From: Vicugna vicugna
Lineage: Eukaryota
NCBI GenBank assembly: GCA_013265495.1
Contig: MU058065.1
Span: forward strand, 9,341,720-9,405,719
Reading direction: 5' to 3'
Length of the DNA stretch: 64,000 nucleotides
Shown in pieces: positions 12,238-24,782 of the stretch. The notes under the pieces are model-generated. The model made no database searches. It was not told where the DNA came from and saw only the letters and a list, made by a program, of their open reading frames with translations. The position numbers were made by a program, and so were the translations under genes. The stretch's first letter is position 1. Each line of letters starts with the position of its first letter.

Positions 12238-12385
12238 GGGGAGGGTGTAGCTCAGTGGTAGAGTACATGCGTAGCATGTACGAGGCCCTGGGTTCAATCC
12301 CCAGTGCCGCCACATAATAATAATAATAATAACAACAACAACAACAAACAACTGAGTACCTCCTCCCACCAACAAAAAAAAAAAA
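12238..12385 (+). mobile_element. tRNA-derived camelid SINE (Vic-1 type), copy 1
   Basis: ggggagggtgtagctcagtggtagag (A box)...gggttcaatcccc (B box), (TAA)n(CAA)n and A-tail. Confidence 0.85.
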
Positions 12386-12512
12386 GCAAAAGTAAATAAA
12401 ACAATGCAGCAAGGAAGAAATAGGTAAACTAAAAATATAATATGATTATCTTAAGTGCTGTGTTAGTATTCAGTAGGAAGTTTGGTGGGAATAGACATTA
12501 GTATACAAAGTA

Positions 12513-12664
12513 GGGGAGGGTGTAGCTCAGTGGTAGAGTACATGCGTAGCATGTACGAGGCCCTGGGTTCCATCCCCAGTGCCGCCACATAATAATAATA
12601 ATAATAATAATAACAACAACAACAACAAACAACTGAGTACCTCCTCCCACCAACAAAAAAAAAA
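12513..12664 (+). mobile_element. tRNA-derived camelid SINE (Vic-1 type), copy 2
   Basis: Duplicate of 12238-12385; B box reads ggttccatcc. Confidence 0.85.
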
Positions 12665-13291
12665 GCCAAAGTAAATACAACAATGCAGCAAGGAAGAAAT
12701 AGGTAAACTAAAACTATAATATGATTATCTTAAGTGCTGTGTTAGTATTCAGTAGGAAGTTTGGTGGGAGTAGGAGTGAGAGAAAAAGTAATGGGATTAA
12801 ATGGAAGATAATGGTCATTCAGAAGCTTCTTTTTAAACTCTCATTTTCAGAAGCATTCAGTTCTCAGTGTGCAGCAGTAACGTCCTGTCTTCATATGCGA
12901 GGCTTTGGGAAACTGCAATATATTTCTTCAGGCATTTTTTGCCTTTTAAGAAGAATCTGAAGTGAAAATTACCGTAGATGATTTTTCCTGGAATGTATTT
13001 TGATTTGTGATGGCTTTGCAGCTATGCCTGTCTCATCCGCAGGCTCTTGAAAAACTAGTTAAGAGGATTTAAAACATCAAAACCTTCCGGTATTACCTTG
13101 CATCTCTTCATTTCTTTTCCTGTGACTTAAAATCCGCTGTCTCAGTACACTCCACTTATTTTACTATATACAGAAAGACACTTAGAAATTTACTTGTTCT
13201 GTCTATTTTCGTTTTTAATAGAGGTATATCATCTTTGTGGGCATCTGGTGGCCACACGTTAACCTCCGCATTCTGGGGCTTCTTTTTAAAG

Positions 13292-13366
13292 GTTCGGAGG
13301 GAGTACAGGAAATTCTTCAGAGCCAATGCTGGAAAGAAAATTTATGAATTTACGCTTCAGAGAATT
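13292..13366 (+). CDS. MYO1B: MYO1B exon: VRREYRKFFRANAGKKIYEFTLQRI
   Basis: ttttaaAG|GTT...ATT|GTaagt; 75 nt. Confidence 0.95.
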
Positions 13367-13621
13367 GTAAGTTTACACTTTATATGTGCATCATTCGCAT
13401 TATTGGATTAACTAGTTAATAGCACCAACTCATATGTGACTTATTTGGTAGCAATTAAATCGTAACTATGACAGTTAGGGTTTGTGAACTTTTTAATTAC
13501 CTCTCTTCAAATTCAGGTAGAGTGTGTCAGAAAGAGCTATTAGTGGTCTGTGCATGATTAATAAAATAATCTTCTTTAACAGAGAGAACAGAATGGGGAG
13601 AGTGAACCCCAAAAAGCCAGA

Positions 13622-13960
13622 TGTAATTTTAGCTGCTGTAACAAAAACACAGGGGCTATGTGGCTTAAACAATAAACATTCACTTCGCGCAGTGCTGGAG
13701 GCTGGGCAGCCCACAGTCAGGATGCCAGCGTGGTCTGGTTCTGAGAAGTGAGGGCCACTCCCTGGTCTCCTTGCCTGACAAAGACGAGGAGAAGCAGGCT
13801 CTTTCCTATCTCTTCTTGTAAGGGCACTGATCCCATCCTGGGGGCTCTACCCTCACGCCCTCTTCTCAACCTTGTGACCTCCCCAAGGCCCCATCTCCTA
13901 AAACCATCCCACTGGGGGTTAGAGTTTCCACAGGGGAATTGGAGGGGAATGCCAAGACCT
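13622..13960 (-). mobile_element. MaLR LTR (MLT1A-like)
   Basis: gctgctgtaacaaaa...ggcttaaacaa...ctggaggctggg...aagggcactgatcccatc...aaggccccatctcctaaaaccatc. Confidence 0.75.
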
Positions 13961-14084
13961 TGATGAGCTGCTGCAAAGGCAGTTGGCAAACAAGTTAGTG
14001 GATGGAGAAGTCAAGGAGAGTGAGGTGTGCCCCTCTCCCAGGATGGATTCCAAAGTTCTCCTCCGTCTCTCAGAGAAGTCGACG

Positions 14085-14220
14085 TAGTAGGGTGAGGAGC
14101 GCAAACTCTGGAGCCAGCTTGGCCACCACTTACAGGTGTGTCATCTGTAGAACAGGGGCAGTAATAGCACTGAACTCATAGAGGTATTGTAAAGATTAAG
14201 ACAAAGTCACGCTGTAGAGC
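14085..14220 (+). mobile_element. MIR fragment
   Basis: tcatctgtagaacaggggcagtaatagcac...tcatagaggtattgtaaagattaa. Confidence 0.55.
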
Positions 14221-14256
14221 TCTTTCAGGGCCAGTCCCACGTCAGGTACTCCAGAG

Positions 14257-14440
14257 CCGTGCTGTCCCTGAGAACGTCCTGCAGTGACAGAAATGTTCTG
14301 TACCCTTATGGTTCAGCAGAGTAGCCACAAGCCGCACGTAGGACTGATGAACCAGATTTTTAATTTTTTTAATTGCTTAAAATTTAAATAGAAATAGCGG
14401 CACATAGCTAATGTGGGCTGCGTGTTAAACGTTGCAGCTC
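14257..14440. mobile_element. MER3-like hAT element
   Basis: gtgctgtcc...ctgcagtgacagaaatgttctgta...gtagccacaagccgcac...ttaaaatttaaatag. Confidence 0.55.
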
Positions 14441-14728
14441 TCTCGTGTGGACTGGTGTTAGTATTAATGTTCACATTGAAATTAGTATGAGCTATTAGCG
14501 TTCGTATTCTGCTTTTCTCTTAACCATCTGGTGGTGCTCGGATTTATCCAGCCAATATGGAGAGTAGAATAGGGACTTTCCAGAGGAGTCTTATGGACTT
14601 AGAAGTTTTATGGACTAAAACTTGCTAAATTGCACTGAAGACTGGTTTGTTTGAGTCTGGTTTATGTAAAACAATGTGCTTTCTGGTATATTTTACTCAT
14701 CTGGTGTTTTCTGTCAAACCCAACACAG

Positions 14729-14863
14729 GTGCAAAAATACTTCTTGGAAATGAAAGCTAAGATGCCTTCCTTGTCTCCAATAGACAAGAATTGGCCACCA
14801 AGACCTTACCTATTCTTGGATTCTACTCACAAGGAGCTGAAAAGGATTTTCCATTTGTGGAGG
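14729..14863 (+). CDS. MYO1B: MYO1B exon (post-IQ): VQKYFLEMKAKMPSLSPIDKNWPPRPYLFLDSTHKELKRIFHLWR
   Basis: acacAG|GTG...AGG|GTaaga; 135 nt. Confidence 0.96.
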
Positions 14864-16179
14864 GTAAGAAATGTCTTGTGATGTTTTCTCAGAGATGTCT
14901 TACCACACATTTTGAGTGTCTGAGAGGTGCTAGGTAAAAGCAGAATTGTACCAGCTTTCTCCTCTGTCTCAGGGAGAATTAGTTTAAGACTTTGGAGTTT
15001 TTGAACCGTGCACCGGGCTGGGCTTTCTGTGAGAATCCTAGAGCCCTAGGTGGCCTGTGGCGCCGCCTCTCCGTGGTTGGAAAGGAGAGCGTGTGGTTGC
15101 ATTGTCTTTCCCTTCCAGATTCCAGTAGCTTTCAGGTGGTTCAGTTTTTTGTTTTTGTGTTTCTTTTTGTTTTCATCTTTATTTGAAGAAATAACAACTA
15201 GAGGTAGAAATAATAAAATTTGAGCATCTTCATATGAATAGTAAATTCTCACAAATTGTATGATTTTACTTTCTACGTAGATATACGTAGACGTACATGA
15301 GAACACACACATTGTGATGCACTGGGGGGAAAAGCTCTAAAGTCACCCCCAAATTAGAGAAAATAAAACTTCCTTCTGCTTGAACTAAAGGGAAACTGAA
15401 AATCTATTTGATTTGGGCTTATATTTTGGTTCACTTAATTTTCAGTGAGAGCATAACATGTAATTTAGGTGGTGCTGAGCGTGGAGTACATGGGGTGCTT
15501 GTGTAGATGTTGACTTTATTTCAGTAACGTAGTTGGTATATGGAATGCTAACTATATATCATTCTGATAGGATGAAATCATTAGGTTGAAGGGCTCGTAT
15601 TTAGTAAGTGAATGATTGATTGATGGATATGTCTCCTGGGAAACTCTTTCCTGCCCAGTACTGTAGGCTTGTTCCTTAGCAGAATCATGTATGTATAGAG
15701 AGTTATTATCACTACTCAGAGTAATGATTGGTACCAGCACACGCAACCACATTCTGTTCCCTAATATAGTGAGTTGATTTGGCAGGATTCGCCAGCATCT
15801 CAATGTCCATCTCCTGCTTTGAGTCTGACATGGGAACTATTTCAGAAATAACGATCCAGCACTGCTGATGCTGGGCACCTGCTCTGCCCTCTCCCGGCTC
15901 CTGAATCTTGTCCTTACCCACCTTGGATTGGGGTGGAGAATGAGAGGGATAAGTGGATCCTGCTAGTGTGGGCAGCAATACTGACATTCCTTTATACGAT
16001 TATGTGGGTGGTTCTCAACTGCCCCTGAACTGGGTTTTTTAGAGAGTTCATCTAAAGAACCTGGGCCTGCACCTCCCACCACCCATTGCCTCCTTTTAGT
16101 GCAATCTCAGTATCGAGGTGAATGGGAGATTTCTTGTGTCCCATGTCCACATCATTAAATGGTAATGGGGGATTCGGAC

Positions 16180-16425
16180 CAGTGCTTTCCAAACTGTAGG
16201 TCAAAGCATATTTGTGGGTCATGAAATCAGTTTTGAGATTACTACCAACATCTTATAGTGAAATACAGTAGAACAGAAAATAACGGAATACATGATGTGC
16301 AAAAAGAATAAGCGTTGTTTTGTGACACTTCTGTGTCAGTTGTCTACGTGTGTGGATGTAGGTGTGTGCACTGGGTTGTGATGTACCATGTCTTTCCCAC
16401 TGTGAGTCTCTGAAAGAGTGTGATA
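16180..16425. mobile_element. hAT-Charlie relic (MER112-like)
   Basis: cagtgctttccaaactgtaggtc...tgggtcatgaaatca...ctgggttgtgatgt. Confidence 0.45.
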
Positions 16426-16745
16426 GCTCAGGACTAAGGATGTCCTGGGGCTGAAATCACAGTGGGAGGAAACCGTGTTCCCAGGAGGCCCAGGCCAGTG
16501 AGGCCCTTGTATGTTTTGAAGAAGCATCACAAATTCTGCAACAAAAACAATAGTTTTTATGACATTTTCCAAGACCAGCCTTTTAAAACTCAGGAAGGAA
16601 AAGTGCTTTTGGCCTTTTAAATGAATATTTAATACACAGTTACTCCTATTCTTACTGCTGTTAAATTTGCTTAGCACATTTAAGGATGAGTTATGATTTA
16701 TTTATATGAGTGACATCTGTTTTCTCCCCTTTTCTTATCTCACAG

Positions 16746-16852
16746 TGTAAAAAATACAGGGACCAATTCACTGACCAACAGAAACTTATTTATGAAGAGA
16801 AACTAGAAGCCAGCGAACTCTTCAAAGACAAGAAGGCCTTATACCCATCTAG
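16746..16852 (+). CDS. MYO1B: MYO1B exon (TH1 start): CKKYRDQFTDQQKLIYEEKLEASELFKDKKALYPS(S)
   Basis: ctcacAG|TGT...TCTAG|GTatta; 107 nt, ends in phase 2 and joins the next exon as AG|T (Ser). Confidence 0.95.
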
Positions 16853-17699
16853 GTATTATGGTTTTGCTTTTACCTGTGTAGGTCTCTTCTAGTAGAGTTT
16901 GATTTTAGGAATACACAGATTTTTCATTTCATGAATTATTTTATGATCAGCTGGACGTGAACGTAACACCCTTGAGCCACGGCTTCCGTAGCACACGTAT
17001 AGAAATGAGATCACCTTTATTGGCTTTACCCCACTGGCATTAGCCTGAACGCTTCCTCCATGATTAGAAGTCGCCATTTAAAATAAAAACCACTTAGGCT
17101 ATTAAGATAGATTTACATTGTAGATTCCCATGCGGTCTCCATAGTTCCATGGAGACTGGCTGGTTTCCAGTCTTCCTACTTTAATGGCTGGGTCAGACTC
17201 TCCTTTGTAAGGTAAATGAAAAGAATGAGCCAGTCTGTCACTTGCCGAGTGGTGCCTACGCACTGGCCTGTGGTGGCCTCTGGTGTCCTAACTCGCTGGG
17301 CATGACTCCCTGACCTCGGCAGCAAGTTCATTTCCTTTCTCGTAGACACCAAGTACTCAGTAAAAGAAGGAACAGCAATTGCAAATTTGCCAACTGAAGC
17401 TCTTGGAAAACACTACTTATTGGAGTAGTCTTACATAATATCTCCCAAGTTTATCATTTCCCCCCAGAATTCCTTTCCCCTTTTCATCTGGTGTTTATAG
17501 AAAAGCAGCTTGTACAATTTAAAGCCAAATCTGTGACAACTTTTAGCTTTTCCTATAGAACAGCATAGAAACAAAAATGCATTATATGCTAAGTATATGT
17601 ATCACGTGTGTGTATATTCTCTATGTCTTTACACACATTTGAAAGCTCTTCCTTTTAAAGGTTTAAGTGGACATAAGTTGCCAGACTCATTTGCTTTAG

Positions 17700-18017
17700 A
17701 TTTTTTTTAATTGAAATATTGTTGATTTACAATATGTTAGTTTCTGGGGTACAGCATAGTGATTCCATTATACACTTATATTCTTTTCCATTATAGGTTA
17801 TTATAAGGTGTTGGATATAATTCCCTGTATTATACAGTAGGACTTGTTTTTTATCTGCTTTAGATATAGTAGTTTGTATCTGCAAATCTCAAACTCCTAA
17901 TTTATCCCTCCCCACTGCCTTCTTTTCCTTCAGTAACCATAAGTTTGTTTCCTATGTCTGTGAGTCCGTTTCTATTTTGTAAACGAGTTCATTTCTGCGA
18001 TTTTTTTAGATTCCACA
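17700..18017 (-). mobile_element. L1 3' UTR fragment
   Basis: ttttttaattgaaatattgttgatttacaat...ggtacagcatagtgatt...aaccataagtttgtt...ttttagattccaca. Confidence 0.8.
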
Positions 18018-19382
18018 ATGACACAGCTTCCTTGGTCAGCTGATTTGACTACTTGCACACCCCCCCAAATCAAACACAATGAATAAATCCAGCGTTGTCC
18101 AAAGTGCCTGCAAATTACAGGAAATTATCTGTATGCTTTCTCTAGCAACTTATTTCATTCATCTTTTTCTTTCTTTATCTTTAAATTGTTGAGTAACCTT
18201 CTTAATTAACATTCCTAGTGGATGACTCTTTGGAAGCTGGAGGGAAGGAAAAAAATGCATTTTTGAAGAAACAAATTCAAAGGCTGTTAGCACTTTGTAT
18301 TCTCAAAAACATGTTTGAATATGAACAACCACCAAAAAATGTTAACATCAGGCCAAGTCCTTTTTGGGTAGTTTTAATGGTTTTCTGGGATGGTGGCATG
18401 CGCACCCTCCAGCACTGAGAGGTGGAATCACCTCCTCCCCCTGCCGTGTGAAGCCTTTTCTGTCCTGGGAGCTGTGTAACGCTGACCACCTACGTGGATT
18501 TTCTCCCCTGATCCTCCACCCACAACACAAACGTTTAAAGTTGTATTTGCAAATTGCCAGAGCCTTATAGCTCAAAATGAAGCTGCATTTTTTTTCCCTT
18601 GGTGTCTTTGAAGAAGCCGCCCTGAGTGTCACCCGACGAGTCTTCAGGGAAATCAACATCTCAGTGCTGTGTGCACATGCGTACCGCTTGCAGGAAGTGG
18701 TCTGTTTAGAAGAAAACCGCTCTGATTCTGAATGTTGGCCTCGGCCACCTCTGTCCACTTTAGGGGCATATCCTAAGAGGGGAGGCCTGATTCTTCTTTC
18801 ATGTATTACCTACTTGTAAGGAGCCAGAGTTACATGGTAGTATTAAGTGCTCTATAGTTTTCTTCTAAAGTGATTAGTCTAGTCTGTTCTTCTCCAGAAA
18901 GCCTATTGGTTTTCTTACTCACTGTGAGAAAATGAAGATTTTCTTTGGAGCAGGTGATGGCAATGATTCGTGCTCTTTTTACCATTGCTACATATTGTTT
19001 AGAGGCATTAGTGCATCCTGTGTAGGCAGCTGTTAACTTTTTAACAGTGGATTAGAAGGAATTGCTCTTTCTTCTCATGAGACCATGCACATGGCTGCCC
19101 CTGTGAGTGATTTCCGTCTTGGTTGTTCCATGGGATAAGCTTTCTGTCAAAGTCCTACCAACCAAATGCCATGATCACATCAAAAATGTATTTGAAATAT
19201 GTTTATGATTCTGTTTCTAATATTTAGGACAAGTGCAAGTAACGTGTACACAATTTATAAAATACATTAACTTTTTTGAAGTTGTCCCTCTTCAGAATCC
19301 ATTGACCTGTTGTTACCTTCTTCCAGTAGTACTTCCATTTGAAACCATTTCTAATGGGAGGGAATTTTTTTTTTTTTTTTAG

Positions 19383-19515
19383 TGTTGGGCAACCATTCCA
19401 AGGGCCTTACCTGGAAATCAACAAGAATCCCAAGTATAAGAAACTCAAAGATGCTATTGAAGAAAAGATTATCATCGCTGAAGTTGTGAACAAAATTAAC
19501 CGTGCTAATGGGAAG
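19383..19515 (+). CDS. MYO1B: MYO1B exon (TH1/PH): VGQPFQGPYLEINKNPKYKKLKDAIEEKIIIAEVVNKINRANGK
   Basis: T16 tract + AG|T GTT...AAG|GTaaga; 133 nt. Confidence 0.96.
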
Positions 19516-19839
19516 GTAAGAACGCCAGCCCTGAAGACCTATAGGAAGTGTTTATCGCTTGGGACAGTTTTCTGAATGTTAAAATTTGCGTTTCATATTC
19601 CCAGCAGAGTTACTGTGAAGGCAGCTATTTTCTCTTTATCTTTAAGCTTACATGGAATTTTGCTTGTTCTCTGAAAGTTTTGCGAATTAAATAGGTTATC
19701 TATGTTCTTCTGTGTATTCTTGGTTAGCACAGGCATTCATGCTGAAAAAGATTGGAATAAAATGTGCATTTCTACAAAGAACTAATGCTTTAAATGCATG
19801 GACCATTTAGGGGTATTTTGATCATTGGTTTTATATCCT

Positions 19840-19870
19840 TGTTTTGTTTTGTTCTGTTTTGTTTTGTTTT
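19840..19870 (+). repeat. (GTTTT)n microsatellite forming the polypyrimidine tract of the 19873 exon
   Basis: gttttgttttgttctgttttgttttgtttt immediately before AG. Confidence 0.85.
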
Positions 19871-19872
19871 AG

Positions 19873-20025
19873 AGTACATCCCGGATTTTCCTCTTAACAA
19901 ACAATAACCTCCTTCTTGCTGATCAAAAGTCTGGACAGATCAAGTCAGAGGTTCCCCTGGTGGACGTGACCAAAGTATCGATGAGCTCCCAAAACGATGG
20001 CTTCTTTGCCGTCCACCTCAAAGAG
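19873..20025 (+). CDS. MYO1B: MYO1B exon (TH1/PH): STSRIFLLTNNNLLLADQKSGQIKSEVPLVDVTKVSMSSQNDGFFAVHLKE
   Basis: gttttAG|AGT...GAG|GTaaag; 153 nt. Confidence 0.96.
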
Positions 20026-20514
20026 GTAAAGCTTCAACTGTTGATTTGACTGAAAGATTTCTGTGTTTGTCCCGTCTCTCAGCCATTGATTTAAGGTGTT
20101 CCACATCTGAATAATCCTATTACTTGAAGTTTATGTATCCTTCTTAATTGATCTGCAGATCTGGGCTACATATTACTCCTATGTAAAATCTCAGACTTGG
20201 TTTTGCAATAATCGAATAAGATGGATGACTTTTATTAACTTGTTCACTTAAGTTCTAATCTCACTGAGTAGCTTTTGTTTACACTCGCCGTGATATGCAT
20301 TATTGTAAGACTAATGCATAGAAATATCAAGACATTTAAAATTATGCTTCCTTCTGTTGTTTCTTCTATGTACTAACTTAGTAAATGTCTTCTTGTTCAT
20401 CATTCATTTGGGGGTTGCTAATTAAAGGATGCAACTATAGTAAAACAAGTGCCTAATAATTTTGACCTTAAGAAATCTTAATGTCAGCTTAGCCAGGACC
20501 TCCTGACTTGAGTG

Positions 20515-20720
20515 GAGTTGTTAAGAGTGTAGGCTCAGCGGTTGGTGTCACTAACTTTATGATGACCTTGGCCAAGTCATTTAACTTTAATATGCCTGCC
20601 TAATGTTTCTTCTTTTAAAATGGGGAGAATAACAGTACCTACTTCATAGTGTTGTTAAAGAGATTAAATGAAACACTATGTAAAGTGCTTAGCACAATAA
20701 CAGTCACTGAAGAAGCAGAT
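20515..20720 (+). mobile_element. MIR SINE
   Basis: tgaccttggccaagtcatttaact...aaaatggggagaataacagtacctacttcatag...gtaaagtgcttagcaca. Confidence 0.75.
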
Positions 20721-21092
20721 GTCAGCAATTATCACATAGAGGGACATGACCTGGCTAATAGATAGTAGCCCATTTAAAATTAGTTCAGCCTTCTTTCCCC
20801 GTGTGGGAAGCATATCAAATCCTAGGATAGTCATTCTGAGCCTCGATTACATATTAAAATATGCCAGTGCCGAAGCCGTTGCCCTAGTCCAGCCAACTCA
20901 GAGTTTCTTGAAATAGGGCCCAAACAGCCCATGTTTTGAAAGCTCCCTACATGAGTCCCTTGTGCAGCTAAGGTTCAGAGCTGCTGCCCTAGGATATTTG
21001 TTCGAAGTGTTGTTGTTGTTCTTACTTTTTTTTTAGCCAAGTCACAGAGGAGTTTTTAAAACAGCCCTTTTCAGAATGAGTTATAGTTTAGG

Positions 21093-21258
21093 TCAGAGCT
21101 TCTCAAACCTGAATGTGCGAACAGATCACCCAGGGGGCTTGTTGGGGATTCGCGTGCGGTGGGCCTGCGGCAGGGCCCGAGCGCCTGCTTTCTAACAAGC
21201 TCCCAGGTGATGCTGAAGGTGCTTCTGGTCTGTCGACCAGCTCTGGGTAGCACGGGGT
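21093..21258. mobile_element. MER5A-type hAT element
   Basis: cttctcaaacctgaatgtgc...atcaccc...tttctaacaagctcccaggtgatgctga. Confidence 0.7.
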
Positions 21259-21451
21259 TAGGTCACCTTACTAAAGTGCTTTGAGCAACTTGGAAGAAAT
21301 ACTGTTTTTGTTATTAATGCTTATTGGGGAGAATGGATTCCAGTAGCTGATATTTTGAAGAAACTGTGAATATGTCCTCCGCCAAACCTGTAAACAGGTA
21401 CCTCCGAGCTGTGTTTAATTATGATGGCCTGACTCTTATCTGTCCTTTCAG

Positions 21452-21579
21452 GGCTCTGAAGCAGCTAGTAAAGGAGACTTCCTCCTCAGCAGTGATCACC
21501 TGATTGAAATGGCCACCAAGCTCTATCGGACGACCCTCAGCCAAACCAAACAGAAGCTCAATATTGAAATTTCTGATGA
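21452..21579 (+). CDS. MYO1B: MYO1B exon (TH1): GSEAASKGDFLLSSDHLIEMATKLYRTTLSQTKQKLNIEISD(E)
   Basis: ctttcAG|GGC...GATGA|GTatgt; 128 nt, phase 2. Confidence 0.95.
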
Positions 21580-21664
21580 GTATGTTCCTGAATTGTTTGA
21601 ATACGCCTTTTCACTGTCAGCTTTATTTAAATTTTAGTTGAGCGATCGGATCTCGTTCACTTTT

Positions 21665-22500
21665 TACAACTACTGCTTACTAAGTACCGAGTGTGCGTCT
21701 GGCCTGTGTTCTGGTGATAGATGAGTGACACTGACCAAGTCCCCACTTTCCCATACCTGGCATCCTTGTGGAGGAGACAGATAGGCACAAACGAAATAAT
21801 GAACAGGTGACGTGACTGGTTAGTGACAAGTGCTTGTGGAGGACAAGAAACAGGTTAAAGGTCAGACGGTGCTATTTTTGATAGAGTGGGGATGCCTCTC
21901 TGATGTGGTGACACTTGAAATCTAGGGAGATGCCTGCTGGGTGAGGCAGCTGGTGCAGAGGCCCTGAGGCAGGAGTGAATGTGGTGCTGGAGTGAAGTGC
22001 TGGGGAAGGACCCTGGAGCGAGAGGCTGAGGGACCCGGCCGTGGAGAGCTTTGTAGTTGAGGTCCAGAGCTGAGATTTTACTGAGGCTGATGGAAAGCCA
22101 TTATAGGTTTTGAGCAGGAGTGTGGCATGATCTGATTTCTGATTTTCAAAGATCGCTCTGGCTGCAGGGTGGAAAATAACTAGGGAGGCAAGAGTGAAAA
22201 ATAGTTATGAATCTCCCTGAGCTGTCGAGGGTGAGGACGAGGAGGCGTAGGCTAGGGAGTGGGAGGCAGTGAGAAGTTGTCAGATTCTGAAGGTAATTTG
22301 AAGGAAAACAAGAGAACCTGTTAACAGATTGGGCGTTAGGTTTGGAGCCTTAGCCCAAATGGTACCATTTACTGAAGTAGTTGACACTGAAGAAAGAGGG
22401 GTTTGGGGGTGACTGGGTGGGATGGAATCAAGAGTGCCATTTCTGGATGTGTTATATTTGAGGTCCCTTTTTTCACATATAAACTGGAATTACAGAATAA
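21665..22500 (-). mobile_element. L2 LINE fragment
   Basis: gagacagatagg...aggccctgaggcagga...ggaaagccattataggttttgagcaggagtgtggcatgatctgattt...aagatcgctctggctgc. Confidence 0.75.
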
Positions 22501-24559
22501 GCATTCCGTGTTGACAAGGGTTCGCTAGTGCCAACACTACTAGAAATTTGAAATTTGCTTTTTCTGCTTCAAATTAGGGCTCTAATTACAGACATATTAT
22601 CTGCATGCAGGTTGGAGCACCCCCTCTATTTGTTACATGTATCAATATGAGATCATTTGAATGAATTTTCATTACTATGTTGATTGATCCTTACTTGATT
22701 ACTTTTTCAATAGAGTGTTTACTATCTGCTTACACACTTCCTTGTGTGTGAAGATTTGCGTCACCTTATTGCTCAAGAAATCATTTTATTTTCTAATTAA
22801 GATTTTGCCAGCCTGTTCTGTTTCAACTCTTTCTAAAAGTCTTGCTAAATAAATTCATACCCTCTCCTGTCCCCTTGTAAGCCAAGCTAACTCTCTTGAT
22901 GTGTTAGGATTTATAGACTAGGAGGTTCGTGGTTTATTCTCATGTACGCTAAGAACGCTGTTTAGATCTTGGGGGGCAGGGTTGGCCTTTGTGTATATTC
23001 TACTTTGGGAAATTGCAATTTAGACAAAATAACTTTCCTTATTACTGAGTTCTTTCTCATAAGACAAAGAATATTAAGAAAAAAGAGAATGGCTCATTGG
23101 GTTCCAGTCAGTTAAGGTTTTAACCTCTCAGGGCTGTTAGATCTTTAAACTCCCTTTAGTTAAAATTTTTCATGACTGGGGAAGCTGGGCTTCTGTTTTG
23201 GCGGGACTGGTAATTCCCACTCATCGTGGAAAGGGAATGTGTACTCCAGATGCAGAAGCTCCTTGGTGTATGGATGAAGCAGCCTTGCAGTTGGTCCACT
23301 GTATTAGTAAGACCATCTTTACAGAGAAGGTCACACCAACATCCAGGCCACAAAGGATTGCTGCCTTTAAGCATCTCCCAGATTGGTGTTCTGAGAGCAC
23401 TGCCTTTGCGGGCTGTTAGCAGTGATGGGCTGTGAAAAAAGTGTTCTCCGGTGGAAATGTCTAGTCCTTTTATACAGCACTTCCCAGAGCCTCTTGCCGC
23501 CCAGTATATCTCTCCTGAGCAGCTTTTGGGGGATGCTGTGTGCTGTATCAGCCACAGAACCCCACCAGCGGCTCTCAAGGTTCTGTTCAAGGCACACGGT
23601 CTCAGAACACTGATGGGGATTGTTTGCTTCTGGGCCGCAGGGACACTGCCTTGTCACAGAAGAAGAGGGTGTGATGTTTTATTAGACGTGTAAGCTTTTG
23701 GTCAACATGCTTGTCTGAGTAAAGATTCTGTGTGGCCACATGATGAAAACAAACATTTAGGAGCATGATAAACCAGCCCATGACACCTTTCCTTCTCCTA
23801 TTCCTAATTACCGGTTGGGCCTGTGAAAACAAAGTAGCTGATGGAACCTGGCGTGCACCGTGGTCCCTGCCCCGGCAGCACAGAAAGCTCCGGTGCAGAG
23901 CAGTCCTCCCTTGTGGCCTCTGTCTCGTAATCTCTGGGCAGTCTTACCCAGGGGTTCTACTCTTTTTTGGAGAGCATGTTAAATTTAAACAAAGGTTTTT
24001 ACAGTCACAGGCACCCCTGATGTATTTTTGCCGACTGTACAAACCAGTGTTGTAAACAGCATGCAGTTCAGTGACCAAAACCTTCCTCAGAGCACCCTTT
24101 TCAGAAGTGGAAGAAGTTATCCTGACAAACCCAGTCTCCAAAATCGTTATGGATGAGCTGGATGTCAGTTTATAGGAGGAGAGTCAGAGGCCTGTATCAC
24201 CCTCAGAATGATTTTAACCTGCGCATGTAGAAGTGGGAATTGGATTCACTGACTCATCTGCCTTGTAATCCCCAGTCCATAAACTCCCAAATTGTTCTAT
24301 CTGCGAATAGGTTGCATTTTAAGGGTAACCTTAGATAAGATCTATAGTATTCCTAAAAATGAATCTATAATGTTGAAATCTAAAGTGAGTTTTTCTAGTA
24401 ACTATTTTAAATATACATGTGTATATATGTTCATGTGTATACATGCAGGTGTAATGCACACACATACACGTGTATCTTTTAAGTTACACGGTTGTTTTTC
24501 TGAATATTTTAAATCCAAACAACCTGTGTCCCTTTTGCTCTGGAGCTCGAACTGGTAGT

Positions 24560-24782
24560 GATGCTATGAAGTGATGCGTTCGACAGTATTGTTTGCTGGA
24601 GGAGGGTTCTCGGATCCTCCGTGTCTTTACTGTGGGCCAAGCTTCAGTTTTCTCTTCTTGGAAATAGAGATAAGTAATAGTGCTTACCTCATAGGATTGT
24701 TGTAAAGTTGAGTTAATATATGTAACTTACTAAGAAGGACACGGTGCATAGTGAGTTCCCAATAAGGTTTAGTTACTGTTAC
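24560..24782 (+). mobile_element. MIR SINE
   Basis: ttcagttttctc...gaaatagagataagtaatagtgcttacctcataggattgttgtaaag. Confidence 0.65.

Larger units (their letters stand above)
12217..12770 (+). repeat. Head-to-tail tandem duplication (275 + 279 bp), each unit with a Vic-1-type SINE
   Basis: Units 12217-12491 and 12492-12770 are near-identical. Confidence 0.95.

Noticed and set aside
12238..12312. tRNA-like sequence (also at 12513, 40953, 57616, 61877)
   Set aside because: It has A/B boxes, but is followed by simple-repeat or A tails (a clear TSD at 40940/41095) and occurs in many diverged copies. These are tRNA-derived SINEs, not tRNA genes.
12217..12770. Repeat-spacer or CRISPR-like array
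   Set aside because: Only two head-to-tail units with no spacers, in a eukaryotic intron.
13237..13254. CTCF-like motif (minus strand TGGCCACCAGATGCCCAC) upstream of exon 13292
   Set aside because: It has a mismatch at a strongly conserved G of the core and cannot be supported without PWM or ChIP data.
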